From: a virus
Taxonomy: Duplodnaviria > Caudoviricetes
Direction: 5' to 3' (one strand)
DNA length: 64,000 nt
IMG/VR virus record: IMGVR_UViG_3300012347_000104
Coordinates: 1 to 64,000 of that record
Shown piece after piece: positions 1-8,896 of the stretch. Below the pieces are notes generated by a model, which made no database searches, had not been told where the DNA came from, and saw only the letters and a list, made by a program, of their open reading frames with translations. Position numbers and translations under genes: made by a program. Positions within the stretch are counted from its first letter, which is position 1; every line of letters begins with the position of its first letter.

Positions 1-590
1 CCTAATAATCTTGATTGTGCTTTTTTCATTAAATCTGCTACCTGTTCATCGCTTAATGCTGAGGGCATATCTCTACGCCATACTTGATATTTTTCTTCGT
101 CTGACGCATTTGGGTCTAATAGAGCTTGGCGCATTGGTGTTGCGCGAGGACCTTCTTCGCCTCTAAACTTACTACGTGTTTCTTGTCTTGAGATTACTCT
201 TAATTTAGAGAAACCGAAACTTTGATACACGGGAACACCTTCTTTATTTGGCTTCTCTAAGTACTTGAATGATTCTTTTTGATCCGCGCCTACTACTAAT
301 ACAACACCCTGATAACCTAACGTTGCTAGTTCTTGCAATGCTTGATTCAAGTTACCTTCTGCTGTAAAGATGTTTTTGTGTTGAGGGAAAACTGTTTGAT
401 AGATTGCTAGTTTTTCTTCAGGAAACAATGGATCATCTTTTCCAACTGTCTTACTTACAAAGAAGTATGGGTCAGCTTTCATATCTGCGGCTTGTGTAAT
501 CACTGCATCAGCTAGGTACATGTGCCCACTGTGACCCATGCCTCTTCCCCAACCAACTACTGCTAACTTGTTTTTTCCTGTGCGTTTCAT
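1..590 (-). CDS. HxGH (HUP/cytidyltransferase-like, class I) nucleotidyltransferase; runs off the window edge
   Basis: Manual translation from ATG at 590: MKRTGKNKLAVVGWGRGMGHSGHMYLADAV...VVLVVGADQ. HSGH = HxGH motif, plus VGxD. ATGA overlap with the stop of 587..1741; no stop before position 1. Not in the supplied ORF track. Confidence 0.7.
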   Translation of the reverse strand, partial: MKRTGKNKLAVVGWGRGMGHSGHMYLADAVITQAADMKADPYFFVSKTVGKDDPLFPEEKLAIYQTVFPQHKNIFTAEGNLNQALQELATLGYQGVVLVVGADQKESFKYLEKPNKEGVPVYQSFGFSKLRVISRQETRSKFRGEEGPRATPMRQALLDPNASDEEKYQVWRRDMPSALSDEQVADLMKKAQSRLL

Positions 591-1741
591 AATTTTTTAG
601 GTTTCCAATTCATTTGGTCAATTAATTTTAAGAATTGTCCCGGTACATCATATTGTAAGTTAATCTCAGGGTGTGCTTGTACGTAACCTTCAGGGTTAGT
701 TTGCATGATACCACCATGAAGACCTAAACTTAGTGATTTAATGATTTGCATCTTCTCATTAGAGATTGCTTCAATCGCACCTAATGTTGCCTTCAACCCC
801 TTAGGATCGCTCAATAATAGTTGCGCTTTACCGGGACTTAAATTTGCGTTTGCCCAAGCCGGGAAATCTTTTAATAGCCCACTTGTGCGTAAATGCTTGT
901 TCAAGTATGTGTATAGCTCGGCGCCTGGATTACTAAGTCCCTGCTTAGGTGCCAAGTAATTGTCAATTAACTGTGCGTTTGTTTTAATAAACTGCTCTAG
1001 CTTATCTAGACCAGATGTGTTTACACCGGGCATTTCTTCTACATAGGTAGTGCCCTGAACGATTACTTCGGGTGTAGACAACTTACCTGTATTTGCTAAA
1101 CGACCTTCATCTGAGCTACCGAGTTTGTCAAAGAAACCTGTAGCTGCGACCATCATCTTTGCTTTGCTTATTTGTTTACCTAACTTACTATCAACCGGTA
1201 CATGGAATGCAGTGATGTTTGGTTTAAAGTCGTATGTCTTTGTGCGAGGATTCAATTGAGGCATAGCACTCTGACCGTCGGGTTTAGTTCCGGGATAGAA
1301 TAAGATGCCGCCTTCTAAGTATCCTTTTTGCGGACTAACTTTCTCAAAGTATGACCATAGACTAGCAACGTTCTTAGCAAACATTTGACGACCTTCGTCG
1401 GCGCCACCACCTGTACCTAGAATAAATTTTACTACATCTTCAGGACTATTAGGTAATGTCGGTGCACCAGTCTTAGTCTGAGTAGCACCACGTGCTAGAT
1501 ATGCCCAAGCATTTTTAGGAATCATTCTAAAGACTCCCTTTTCATCACGACCCCAATATACTACTGGCATGCCGTCCCACTTTAATTCAATTGAATCATA
1601 GTTATCAACCATATGACGCATACGTTCGACAACGTGCATAGCACCGTGGCTACCATTGGCAAGTACCATATCTTCGATATGTTGATACTTGCGACCTACT
1701 GTGGGTGCCGCTGCTTCGAATAGTATGTCGGATAATTTCAT
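587..1741 (-). CDS. ATP-dependent ligase/capping-enzyme superfamily nucleotidyltransferase (RNA-ligase-like, no OB domain evident)
   Basis: Motif I KWDG; motif III-like YLEGGILF; motif IV EGYV; motif V-like KLID near the C-terminus. Confidence 0.6.
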   Translation of the reverse strand: MKLSDILFEAAAPTVGRKYQHIEDMVLANGSHGAMHVVERMRHMVDNYDSIELKWDGMPVVYWGRDEKGVFRMIPKNAWAYLARGATQTKTGAPTLPNSPEDVVKFILGTGGGADEGRQMFAKNVASLWSYFEKVSPQKGYLEGGILFYPGTKPDGQSAMPQLNPRTKTYDFKPNITAFHVPVDSKLGKQISKAKMMVAATGFFDKLGSSDEGRLANTGKLSTPEVIVQGTTYVEEMPGVNTSGLDKLEQFIKTNAQLIDNYLAPKQGLSNPGAELYTYLNKHLRTSGLLKDFPAWANANLSPGKAQLLLSDPKGLKATLGAIEAISNEKMQIIKSLSLGLHGGIMQTNPEGYVQAHPEINLQYDVPGQFLKLIDQMNWKPKKL

Positions 1742-2496
1742 TTTAAGATAGTTAACATGTTTTTAAACCACTCATTAACTTGAGGGGTCGCTGCCTGCCA
1801 ACTACGGCCTGCTTTTGCTGCATTGAATATTTCATTTCTACGAGCTTCGTCTGGGATGCTTGCTAGAATAGATTCAACACTTCCTAAACTTTTTGCAGTT
1901 GCGTTATTACCTAACAACAACTTAGCAATTTCATCTAAGTCAGTTGATAGTAATTCAGCTTTCTTGCCTGCGGCATCTCTTGCATATAAACCTTCATCAG
2001 GACTCCACAGCATACGTTGTGATGTTGCAAGAGTATTCATCATCATTTGCTTGTTAACGCCTTTGTAGGGAGAGCCTTGTGGAATTTCATGTCTGTGATA
2101 TTCTGCAACTTTGGCAGCGTTAGGTACAACCTTGATATCTACTTGATAGAACTTTCCACCTAATGGAATTTTAGAGTGAACTGTGACACCTGCTTGGTAA
2201 GTATCAACACCTTGCTTCTTTAAGAAGTCAGCAAGGCTTTTACGTGCAACTTTAGGATCATCTGTTTTAAAGGCTGCAAGTAATACTCGCATATCTGCTA
2301 ATACATCTAAGTCACCGGACTTAATGACTTCACCAGATTGTGTTCTTCTAGGACTGTATCCGGAACCAATAACAAACAAACGTAAGCCAGTATCAGCTAA
2401 GTATTTTTCAGTTTGTTGAACTAATGGCTTTACGACCACTGTTGGGTCTAAATCACTAGTGTCTGGCCAGATATTTCCACCTTCGAACAAATTCAT
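1738..2496 (-). CDS. Pol-beta superfamily (minimal) nucleotidyltransferase
   Basis: VIGSG-x13-GDLDVL (hGS..DxD signature) and a later QVD third acidic residue. Confidence 0.65.
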   Translation of the reverse strand: MNLFEGGNIWPDTSDLDPTVVVKPLVQQTEKYLADTGLRLFVIGSGYSPRRTQSGEVIKSGDLDVLADMRVLLAAFKTDDPKVARKSLADFLKKQGVDTYQAGVTVHSKIPLGGKFYQVDIKVVPNAAKVAEYHRHEIPQGSPYKGVNKQMMMNTLATSQRMLWSPDEGLYARDAAGKKAELLSTDLDEIAKLLLGNNATAKSLGSVESILASIPDEARRNEIFNAAKAGRSWQAATPQVNEWFKNMLTILK

Positions 2497-2497
2497 T

Positions 2498-2857
2498 TTA
2501 GTAACTCACTTTAAAGTTTTGAATAACGCCTTGAGTAAAGCCAGTGACTCTAGCTCTCAACCAAACAAAGTTACCATTGATGTTTTGAAAACTAGATGTT
2601 GTAGTGTTATTGAAAGCGAAGGTAGCGATATTTACCCAATCGCCGGTTACTAAGTCACTTGGTTCATCTAACAATGATGCTTGCAACGTGACTGTACCTG
2701 TAACACTAGTTACATTCCATGACAAGGTTTGTAGGTCTTTGTTTCCTAGATAAAAACTTGCTGCAGGCTGTCTAGTACCAGTGTATATACCATTAACAAC
2801 TCCTTGAGCGTTAAATGATACTTGTGGAAGCAAGATTAGGGTAGTTGCTTGTGCCAT
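2498..2857 (-). CDS. small beta-rich putative virion protein
   Basis: 119 aa, alternating beta-strand pattern, ends WLRARV..Y; late-type context. Confidence 0.4.
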   Translation of the reverse strand: MAQATTLILLPQVSFNAQGVVNGIYTGTRQPAASFYLGNKDLQTLSWNVTSVTGTVTLQASLLDEPSDLVTGDWVNIATFAFNNTTTSSFQNINGNFVWLRARVTGFTQGVIQNFKVSY

Positions 2858-3024
2858 TATGCTCTCACCACTTCAACAACAACTGCGTCACCGACTAATT
2901 CTTGTGCTACTTGCTCAAGTGCTTGTTGAATGTCAGAACCAGCGATCCCAGAAACTTCTGATTCGCTGTCCTTGACGATTTTACTGAATTTAATGACGAT
3001 AACGTCCTCTACAATCTTTGCCAT
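2857..3024 (-). CDS. 55 aa hypothetical protein (MAKIVEDVIVIKFSK...VVEVVRA)
   Basis: Manual translation; GGAG upstream, late motif at 3046-3053, TAATG overlap with next gene; below the ORF-track cutoff. Confidence 0.7.
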   Translation of the reverse strand: MAKIVEDVIVIKFSKIVKDSESEVSGIAGSDIQQALEQVAQELVGDAVVVEVVRA

Positions 3025-3057
3025 GAAAATACTCCATTAATAGAGTATTTATCATGT

Positions 3058-3783
3058 CTAGACTATATCAGGTCGTTTCTCTAATTTGTACTTTTTACCC
3101 AAGAATTCACCGTACATTAGAGCTAGATAACTCAGATAACTCTCGTCATCATAGTCGATAAAGTGTCCCGAGCTTAGCCAATTATGCCAGTACATCCAAC
3201 CTTGTGTCTTGTTAGATGTTAACCAGTATGATAAGCCTGGACTTGGTCTAAGTTGCTTGTTGGTTTTTAAGATATTGCTAAACTTTTCGCGGAAGTCGTC
3301 CGGAGATTTCTTGCTTCTAAGATAGACACGGTACTTGTGTTTGGGTTCGTTGACAAAGGTTTTAACACCCACATAACCTAAACTCTGAACCTCTGTATAG
3401 TCTACTGTCGCATTAGCATGACCGTCAAATGCTGCATGTAGTGCTTGCAAATCGTTGCTAAAGATAGCCGCAGTATTGTGTTCCATTCGAACTGTAACTG
3501 ACTTATCTTTCTTATGGTCATCTCGGAACTGCAAGATTACTTTGATAGCAGGTAAGTTTTGCTTAACAATATCAACTTCGTCTTTAGCAATTCTGCCCCA
3601 GAGTTTGTTATTGCTCAATCGTTCTTCAAATTCTGCAGGGCTATAATAGTAACCTCTACGCAAGCCCTCTACCGTGAACCGAGCACGGTATTGGTACTTG
3701 TTGTAGTATAGTTCGTCTCGGTAGTCGAATAAATCGACACCGGGAGTGTTAGTTGCCGACTTTAATAATGCCATCTTCACCAA
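3058..3783 (-). CDS. hypothetical protein downstream of clpA (start may be ATG at 3774)
   Basis: Intact 241 aa ORF overlapping the clpA end. Confidence 0.6.
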   Translation of the reverse strand: MVKMALLKSATNTPGVDLFDYRDELYYNKYQYRARFTVEGLRRGYYYSPAEFEERLSNNKLWGRIAKDEVDIVKQNLPAIKVILQFRDDHKKDKSVTVRMEHNTAAIFSNDLQALHAAFDGHANATVDYTEVQSLGYVGVKTFVNEPKHKYRVYLRSKKSPDDFREKFSNILKTNKQLRPSPGLSYWLTSNKTQGWMYWHNWLSSGHFIDYDDESYLSYLALMYGEFLGKKYKLEKRPDIV

Positions 3784-6025
3784 TTTCCGCTGATAGTTTT
3801 TGAACTACATCAAAGATGAATTCATCATTCAATCCAATATGAATGTTGATAGTAGCTCCCTTGATTCTTTCGAACAAGATTTTCTTAGACAAGGGAACAC
3901 GAATCAATTCATCAATCTTACGTGCAAGAGGACGTGCTCCCATTTTCTTATCATAGCCTTTGTCTGCAAGCAATTCAATTACTGGCTCTGACATATTGAG
4001 TGTAATGTCATGTGTGTCCAATAGCGATTTCTTCAAATCACTAGTAAACTTAACCACAATCTTCTTAATAGCAAGGGTGTCAAGTTTGTTGAACTTACAA
4101 ATCAAGTCTAAACGATTACGGAATTCAGGTTTGAAGAATTCTTTCAACGCTTTGTCATCTTCGCCAGTCTTTTCAGTTGCACCGAAGCCAATCATTGACT
4201 TTTCACTATCAGCAGAACCTAAGTTACTAGTCAAGATAACAATACAGTTTTTCGCATTGACTTCTTTACCATTTGAACCAGTTACCTTACCTTCATCAAG
4301 CAATTGCAAGAAGATGTTAAAGATATCTGGATGAGCTTTTTCAACTTCGTCAAACAACAAGATTGAGTGAGGGTTCTTGCTCAAGTCACTAATCAAACGA
4401 CCGCCACCTAAATTACCTTCACCGAAGCCAACGTAGCCGGGAGGGGCACCAAGCAATGCTGATACACTGAACTTCTCACCATATTCACTCATGTCGTACT
4501 TGACTAGAGGCATATCTAAGTTCTTAGATAACAAACGAGCCAATTCAGTCTTACCTGTACCAGTTGGGCCTAAGAACAAGAAACTTGCCATTGGCTTAGA
4601 CTGTGTACCGATACCTGCATAAGACACATAGATACGGTCGAGTACTTGGTCAACTGTTTCTGACTGACCAAACAACTTATCTTTCACGTTTGTTTCCAAC
4701 GCTTGAATACGTTCGTAGCTGTCATCTTTCAACTTGTCTGCTGGCACACCTGCGATACGCTCGACTTGGTCGAAAATCATATCTTTAGTGATGATTGCAC
4801 CTTTGTTACCAGCAACACGTTGTTTAGCACAAGCTGCATCTAACAAGTCGATTGACTTATCAGGATTTTTACGGTCATGCATGTAACGTGTAGAGCTTTC
4901 AACTGCTGCCTCGATAGCTGCCTCGGTGATTTCAACTTCATGGAAGTCGTTCAATCGTTGGCTCAGACCGTTCAAGATGCGAACTGTTGATTCTGCGCTT
5001 GGTTCATCTACTGAAACTTTATAGAAGCGGCGCATCAATGCACGATCCTTCTCAAAACTTTCGTAGAATTCTTCCCATGTTGTACTTGCGATGACTTTCA
5101 AGTTGCCTTTAGTGATAGCAGGCTTAATCATATTAGCAAAGTCTGGACCTGAGTTATTTGCTGAGCCAGCGCCTTTCATAGTGTGTGCTTCGTCAATGAA
5201 TAGGATCGCTTTCTTCTTAGCAACCAAGGCTTCCATGATAGCTTTGACTTTTTCTTCAAAGTCACCGCGATATTTACTACCTGCAACGATGTTAGCAACT
5301 TCGAGGCTATACAATTCATAGCCTTTTAAGAATTCAGGGATTTCACCAGACACAATCTTCTGGGCAATACCTTCTGCAATAGCAGTCTTACCGACACCAG
5401 GGTCACCGACCATTAACACGTTTGACTTGAATCGCTTAGCCAATACGTTAACAATGTCGTCAACTTCTTTACTACGACCAATCATTGGTTCTAGTTTATT
5501 GTCACGTGCAAGTGCAGTAAGGTTGATTGTGTATTCTTCTAGAATCTCGTCAGCTTGGTCTTCACTTAGCTTTGACAACACATCTGCGCCTTTGTACGTC
5601 TTCTGCCAATAAGGAACAAATTCAGTCTTAACAATACCGTATTTTAAGAAGAAGTAGTGAGCATGACTATTAGTTTCATGGGCAATACTCAAGTATAGGT
5701 CAATCGTAGTCACTGTCTTACGACCAGTGAACAATACTTGCGTCACGCCTCGATTCATAACACGCTCAAGTGCGTTAGTTTTGCGTGGCTGAACTTCTTG
5801 TCCTTGGTCTACTTTTGCCTTGATGGCATGTAAACTGTCAATATAGTTAGTGACATCTTTGGTCATCATCTCTGTATCGACCCCGAAGCCGTCTAAGCAC
5901 TTTTTAAACGGGGTATGTGAGATTAATGCAAGAAGCAAATGCTCTACAGTACAGTACTCATGGCTTCGGTCTTTAGAAAGAACAATAGCCTGTTCGATGA
6001 TTGCTTCAATTTCAGGTGAATGCAC
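3749..6025 (-). CDS. clpA: ClpA-like ATP-dependent Clp protease ATPase subunit
   Basis: Clp N-domain (HEYCTVEHLLLAL); two AAA+ modules GDPGVGKT/FIDE and GPTGTGKT/FDEVEKAH; IGF loop; 758 aa; GTG start with TAAGGA. Confidence 0.95.
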   Translation of the reverse strand: MHSPEIEAIIEQAIVLSKDRSHEYCTVEHLLLALISHTPFKKCLDGFGVDTEMMTKDVTNYIDSLHAIKAKVDQGQEVQPRKTNALERVMNRGVTQVLFTGRKTVTTIDLYLSIAHETNSHAHYFFLKYGIVKTEFVPYWQKTYKGADVLSKLSEDQADEILEEYTINLTALARDNKLEPMIGRSKEVDDIVNVLAKRFKSNVLMVGDPGVGKTAIAEGIAQKIVSGEIPEFLKGYELYSLEVANIVAGSKYRGDFEEKVKAIMEALVAKKKAILFIDEAHTMKGAGSANNSGPDFANMIKPAITKGNLKVIASTTWEEFYESFEKDRALMRRFYKVSVDEPSAESTVRILNGLSQRLNDFHEVEITEAAIEAAVESSTRYMHDRKNPDKSIDLLDAACAKQRVAGNKGAIITKDMIFDQVERIAGVPADKLKDDSYERIQALETNVKDKLFGQSETVDQVLDRIYVSYAGIGTQSKPMASFLFLGPTGTGKTELARLLSKNLDMPLVKYDMSEYGEKFSVSALLGAPPGYVGFGEGNLGGGRLISDLSKNPHSILLFDEVEKAHPDIFNIFLQLLDEGKVTGSNGKEVNAKNCIVILTSNLGSADSEKSMIGFGATEKTGEDDKALKEFFKPEFRNRLDLICKFNKLDTLAIKKIVVKFTSDLKKSLLDTHDITLNMSEPVIELLADKGYDKKMGARPLARKIDELIRVPLSKKILFERIKGATINIHIGLNDEFIFDVVQKLSAEIGEDGIIKVGN

Positions 6026-6034
6026 AGATTTTCC

Positions 6035-6835
6035 TTATTGTTTAATTTTTTGAATCGCATCTACAATGCTTGCGTCTATTGTATCAGGCATTACAGCTTT
6101 AATCAAGATATATTGGTCACCCATGCCGAAACTTGATGCCATTCCTTCGCCTTGTATGCGCAATTGGCTATCAGGATTCGTGCCCGGTTTAACCGTAACA
6201 TCAAGAGTTTTTCCCGAAATAGTATTAAATTTAATACTAGTTCCAGTAATCAAGTCTAACACACTAATTGACTCCTGAGATACTAAATCATTCCCATGAC
6301 GTTCGAATCTCGGATGAGGTTTGATTCTAAATTCAACTATTAGAATTGCATCTTTGATTAGATTGTCATACCTCATTGTCTGCCCATTCTCTACACCCTT
6401 AGGAGTAGTAATTTTAGCAGTGTGTAGTGTTGTACCCACTTGTAGTTGTAGAGTTTGTTCTTCACCTGTGTATGCTTGCTCAAGAGTTACCCAAACCATT
6501 GTTCGGTAGCTAGGTTGTTGTGGTCGACCATGCGGAGGACGTTGCCCAAACATTCCCCCAAACATATCGTTGATATCGAATCCGTTTACGTTAAAACTAA
6601 ATCCACCAGGGAATCCTTGATGGAATCCTCCATGTCCAAACGGATTTGGGTTATCATATTCTTGTTTCTTATTTGGGTCGCTTAGTGTTTCATAGGCAGC
6701 TTGTACCTTTTGAAATTCAGCAGTATCACCACCCTTGTCCGGGTGATGAATTGCTGCGAGCCTGCGATAGGCTTTTTTAATGTCTTCGGGAGTAGCGTTT
6801 TTGGCTACTCCCAATGTTTGATAGTGGTCAGTCAT
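6035..6835 (-). CDS. dnaJ: DnaJ/CbpA-class J-domain co-chaperone without zinc finger
   Basis: J-domain with HPD motif (HHPDKGG), G/F-rich linker, DnaJ C-domain; no CxxCxGxG repeats. Confidence 0.92.
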   Translation of the reverse strand: MTDHYQTLGVAKNATPEDIKKAYRRLAAIHHPDKGGDTAEFQKVQAAYETLSDPNKKQEYDNPNPFGHGGFHQGFPGGFSFNVNGFDINDMFGGMFGQRPPHGRPQQPSYRTMVWVTLEQAYTGEEQTLQLQVGTTLHTAKITTPKGVENGQTMRYDNLIKDAILIVEFRIKPHPRFERHGNDLVSQESISVLDLITGTSIKFNTISGKTLDVTVKPGTNPDSQLRIQGEGMASSFGMGDQYILIKAVMPDTIDASIVDAIQKIKQ

Positions 6836-6842
6836 AATATTG

Positions 6843-6871
6843 AGTGTAGCACAGTTAGTGTGCTAAGTCAA
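6843..6871 (-). promoter_or_regulatory. sigma70-type promoter of dnaJ-clpA with internal inverted repeat
   Basis: TTGACT-17 nt-TACACT, 7 nt before the ATG; TAGCACA-N5-TGTGCTA at 6847-6865. Confidence 0.6.
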
Positions 6872-6877
6872 TATTTA

Positions 6878-7489
6878 TTAAGCGACTCCGGCTACCTTTT
6901 CTTTTGTTCTACCGTATGCTGCGATACCTAGAACTGCACCCATAGCGATATGGTACAATCCAGCGCCTTGCAATGTCAATGGTTGCCATTGACTTGTTAC
7001 TGAGCCATGTGATAGTGCTTGCAACAATGACCATAGTACCGGGAATAGAACGAAGTCACAAGTACAAGTCAACATGTAAATCCAACCCATCATTGGGCGC
7101 ATCTTCTTGTTGATCCAATCTGTTGCACCTTGGTCTAGTGCTACTGTAGATTCACCACCTTCGCTCATTGCTCCGCCACCTGATTTTAAAGTGTCTGCTG
7201 GGTTGTGTTGTGACATAGTTGCTCCTGATTGAACTGGCGAACTTGATCCGAAACCGGACGTTGCTGCTGGTGTTGTAGTTGCAGAACCAAAGCTACCGGC
7301 TGAGCCGAAGCCTCCTGCTGCAGGCGTGCTAGATGTTGCTGTGCTGGCTGTTGCATTTCCAAATCCTCCAAATGAACTTCCCGTTGGGAATGATGATACC
7401 GCTGGATCGGATGCCAACGCTTCGTGATGGTCGTCATCAGTTGCGATTGGGTTTTCTGCTCCTGCTTTTTTTGCTAATAATGTTGCCAT
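6878..7489 (-). CDS. holin-like 3TM membrane protein with low-complexity N-terminus
   Basis: C-terminal hydrophobic segments (MRPMMGWIY..., AMGAVLGIAAYGRTKEK) resemble the 3TM gene-transfer-agent holin family; S/T/G/F-rich N-terminus. Confidence 0.55.
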   Translation of the reverse strand: MATLLAKKAGAENPIATDDDHHEALASDPAVSSFPTGSSFGGFGNATASTATSSTPAAGGFGSAGSFGSATTTPAATSGFGSSSPVQSGATMSQHNPADTLKSGGGAMSEGGESTVALDQGATDWINKKMRPMMGWIYMLTCTCDFVLFPVLWSLLQALSHGSVTSQWQPLTLQGAGLYHIAMGAVLGIAAYGRTKEKVAGVA

Positions 7490-7490
7490 T

Positions 7491-8102
7491 TTATAATCCT
7501 GCCTTTGCTAAATAATCTCTTAATAATGAATCTGGTTTTTGTTTAGTAACTACTTTGTCGTTGCTCAATCCGGCTACGTTGCGCATTTCACTCAGTTCTT
7601 TGTCAACATCCGCTGCTTCAATTTCTTTTTCTGCTTCTTCGCCTGGATGGTCTTCACCGACTTCCATTTCTTTTTTGGCTCTATAATCTTGCGGACTTAA
7701 AATGATTACTCGCTTCAATGCCTCGACTTCAACTGGATATTTTTTACCCTCAATGATGATAGCCCATTCTTCAATCAGTTGGCCTGTCAACACTTCTAAG
7801 TCTTCTAACATTTCATAGATACGTTCAGGTACTTTAGTTCTACGATTCATTTCAACAAATACTACGAATTTACCTGATGTGATTTCACCCGAGCTTACTT
7901 GTGCGTCAAGAATCCAATCATAGCCCTTTTCTAGCCAATCAACTAAATCTTCTGCAGGTTGCTGTCCTTTAACAACGAATGAGCATGTTACGATTTCATC
8001 GTCAGAACCCATTTGTGCTTGGTACTCGTCTATACCTAACTCAGGAGTGATTTGACCTTTAAGGTCTAAATAATCCATACCTTCTTTAAGAATACGTGCC
8101 AT
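7491..8102 (-). CDS. conserved-looking hypothetical phage protein (acidic)
   Basis: 203 aa, TAATG-coupled to the upstream gene. Confidence 0.6.
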   Translation of the reverse strand: MARILKEGMDYLDLKGQITPELGIDEYQAQMGSDDEIVTCSFVVKGQQPAEDLVDWLEKGYDWILDAQVSSGEITSGKFVVFVEMNRRTKVPERIYEMLEDLEVLTGQLIEEWAIIIEGKKYPVEVEALKRVIILSPQDYRAKKEMEVGEDHPGEEAEKEIEAADVDKELSEMRNVAGLSNDKVVTKQKPDSLLRDYLAKAGL

Positions 8103-8725
8103 TACATCATACCCCCGCCTTGTGGCATTTGTCCGCCCATTCCCATATCAGGTGGCGTTTGACCCATGCCCATATCTTGCATATCTTCTGCACCGTCTTC
8201 TTCACCGGATTCTTGTTTATCCAAGTCGTCATCGTATGCTGAATCTAATTCTTCCAAGTCGATGTCCTTACCTGCTAGTTCAATGGAACCTTCACGGATA
8301 TCGTTCATCAATTCTTTTGGCATTTCAATCATAACTAACCAAATTTCACGGTCAATCATCTTAGGATAGTGAGTTCCGGGTTGGTAATCACCGAATTCTT
8401 CAATTTTAACTGGAACTTTAATCTTTGTTTTCTTGAACTTGATGTTACAACCAACTGTCAATAAACGCTTTGCACCCTTTGGGTTAGGCATTAGTTTTAG
8501 TGGGTACATGAATACACAATCAACGGTGTATCGTTTGATGTTAGGACCTGAAACTAGTTCACCTAGCTCCCAGTTCTGAAATGCGTATAAGTCAGCTTCG
8601 TCTAATACACGCTCAAAGTCGAGCAAGGTGCTCATAGAGCCGTCGCTAGTGTAGATGCCCTTGATTGTATCAATGATACTAGGGTAGTCGATGCTGTTGA
8701 AAAATTCGTCTGAAGGATTGCTCAT
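8102..8725 (-). CDS. hypothetical late protein with D/M/G-rich tail
   Basis: 207 aa; GATAAATA motif 7 nt upstream. Confidence 0.6.
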   Translation of the reverse strand: MSNPSDEFFNSIDYPSIIDTIKGIYTSDGSMSTLLDFERVLDEADLYAFQNWELGELVSGPNIKRYTVDCVFMYPLKLMPNPKGAKRLLTVGCNIKFKKTKIKVPVKIEEFGDYQPGTHYPKMIDREIWLVMIEMPKELMNDIREGSIELAGKDIDLEELDSAYDDDLDKQESGEEDGAEDMQDMGMGQTPPDMGMGGQMPQGGGMM

Positions 8726-8732
8726 AGTCTAG

Positions 8733-8740
8733 TATTTATC
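8733..8740 (-). promoter_or_regulatory. T4-like late promoter (GATAAATA)
   Basis: Same octamer recurs upstream of many structural genes; resembles T4 gp55 consensus TATAAATA. Confidence 0.65.
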
Positions 8741-8896
8741 ATTCTTGCAATGATAACGAGCAATTAAGAAACTTTGGGGTTAGCTTAATATTTATGCTAA
8801 AACTTTGCGATAAAAGTACGCTACTTGACGCACATCAATGTCCTTTAAATATTCATATGCTCTCATCAAGCATACCGCTCTACAAAGGAGATAATT

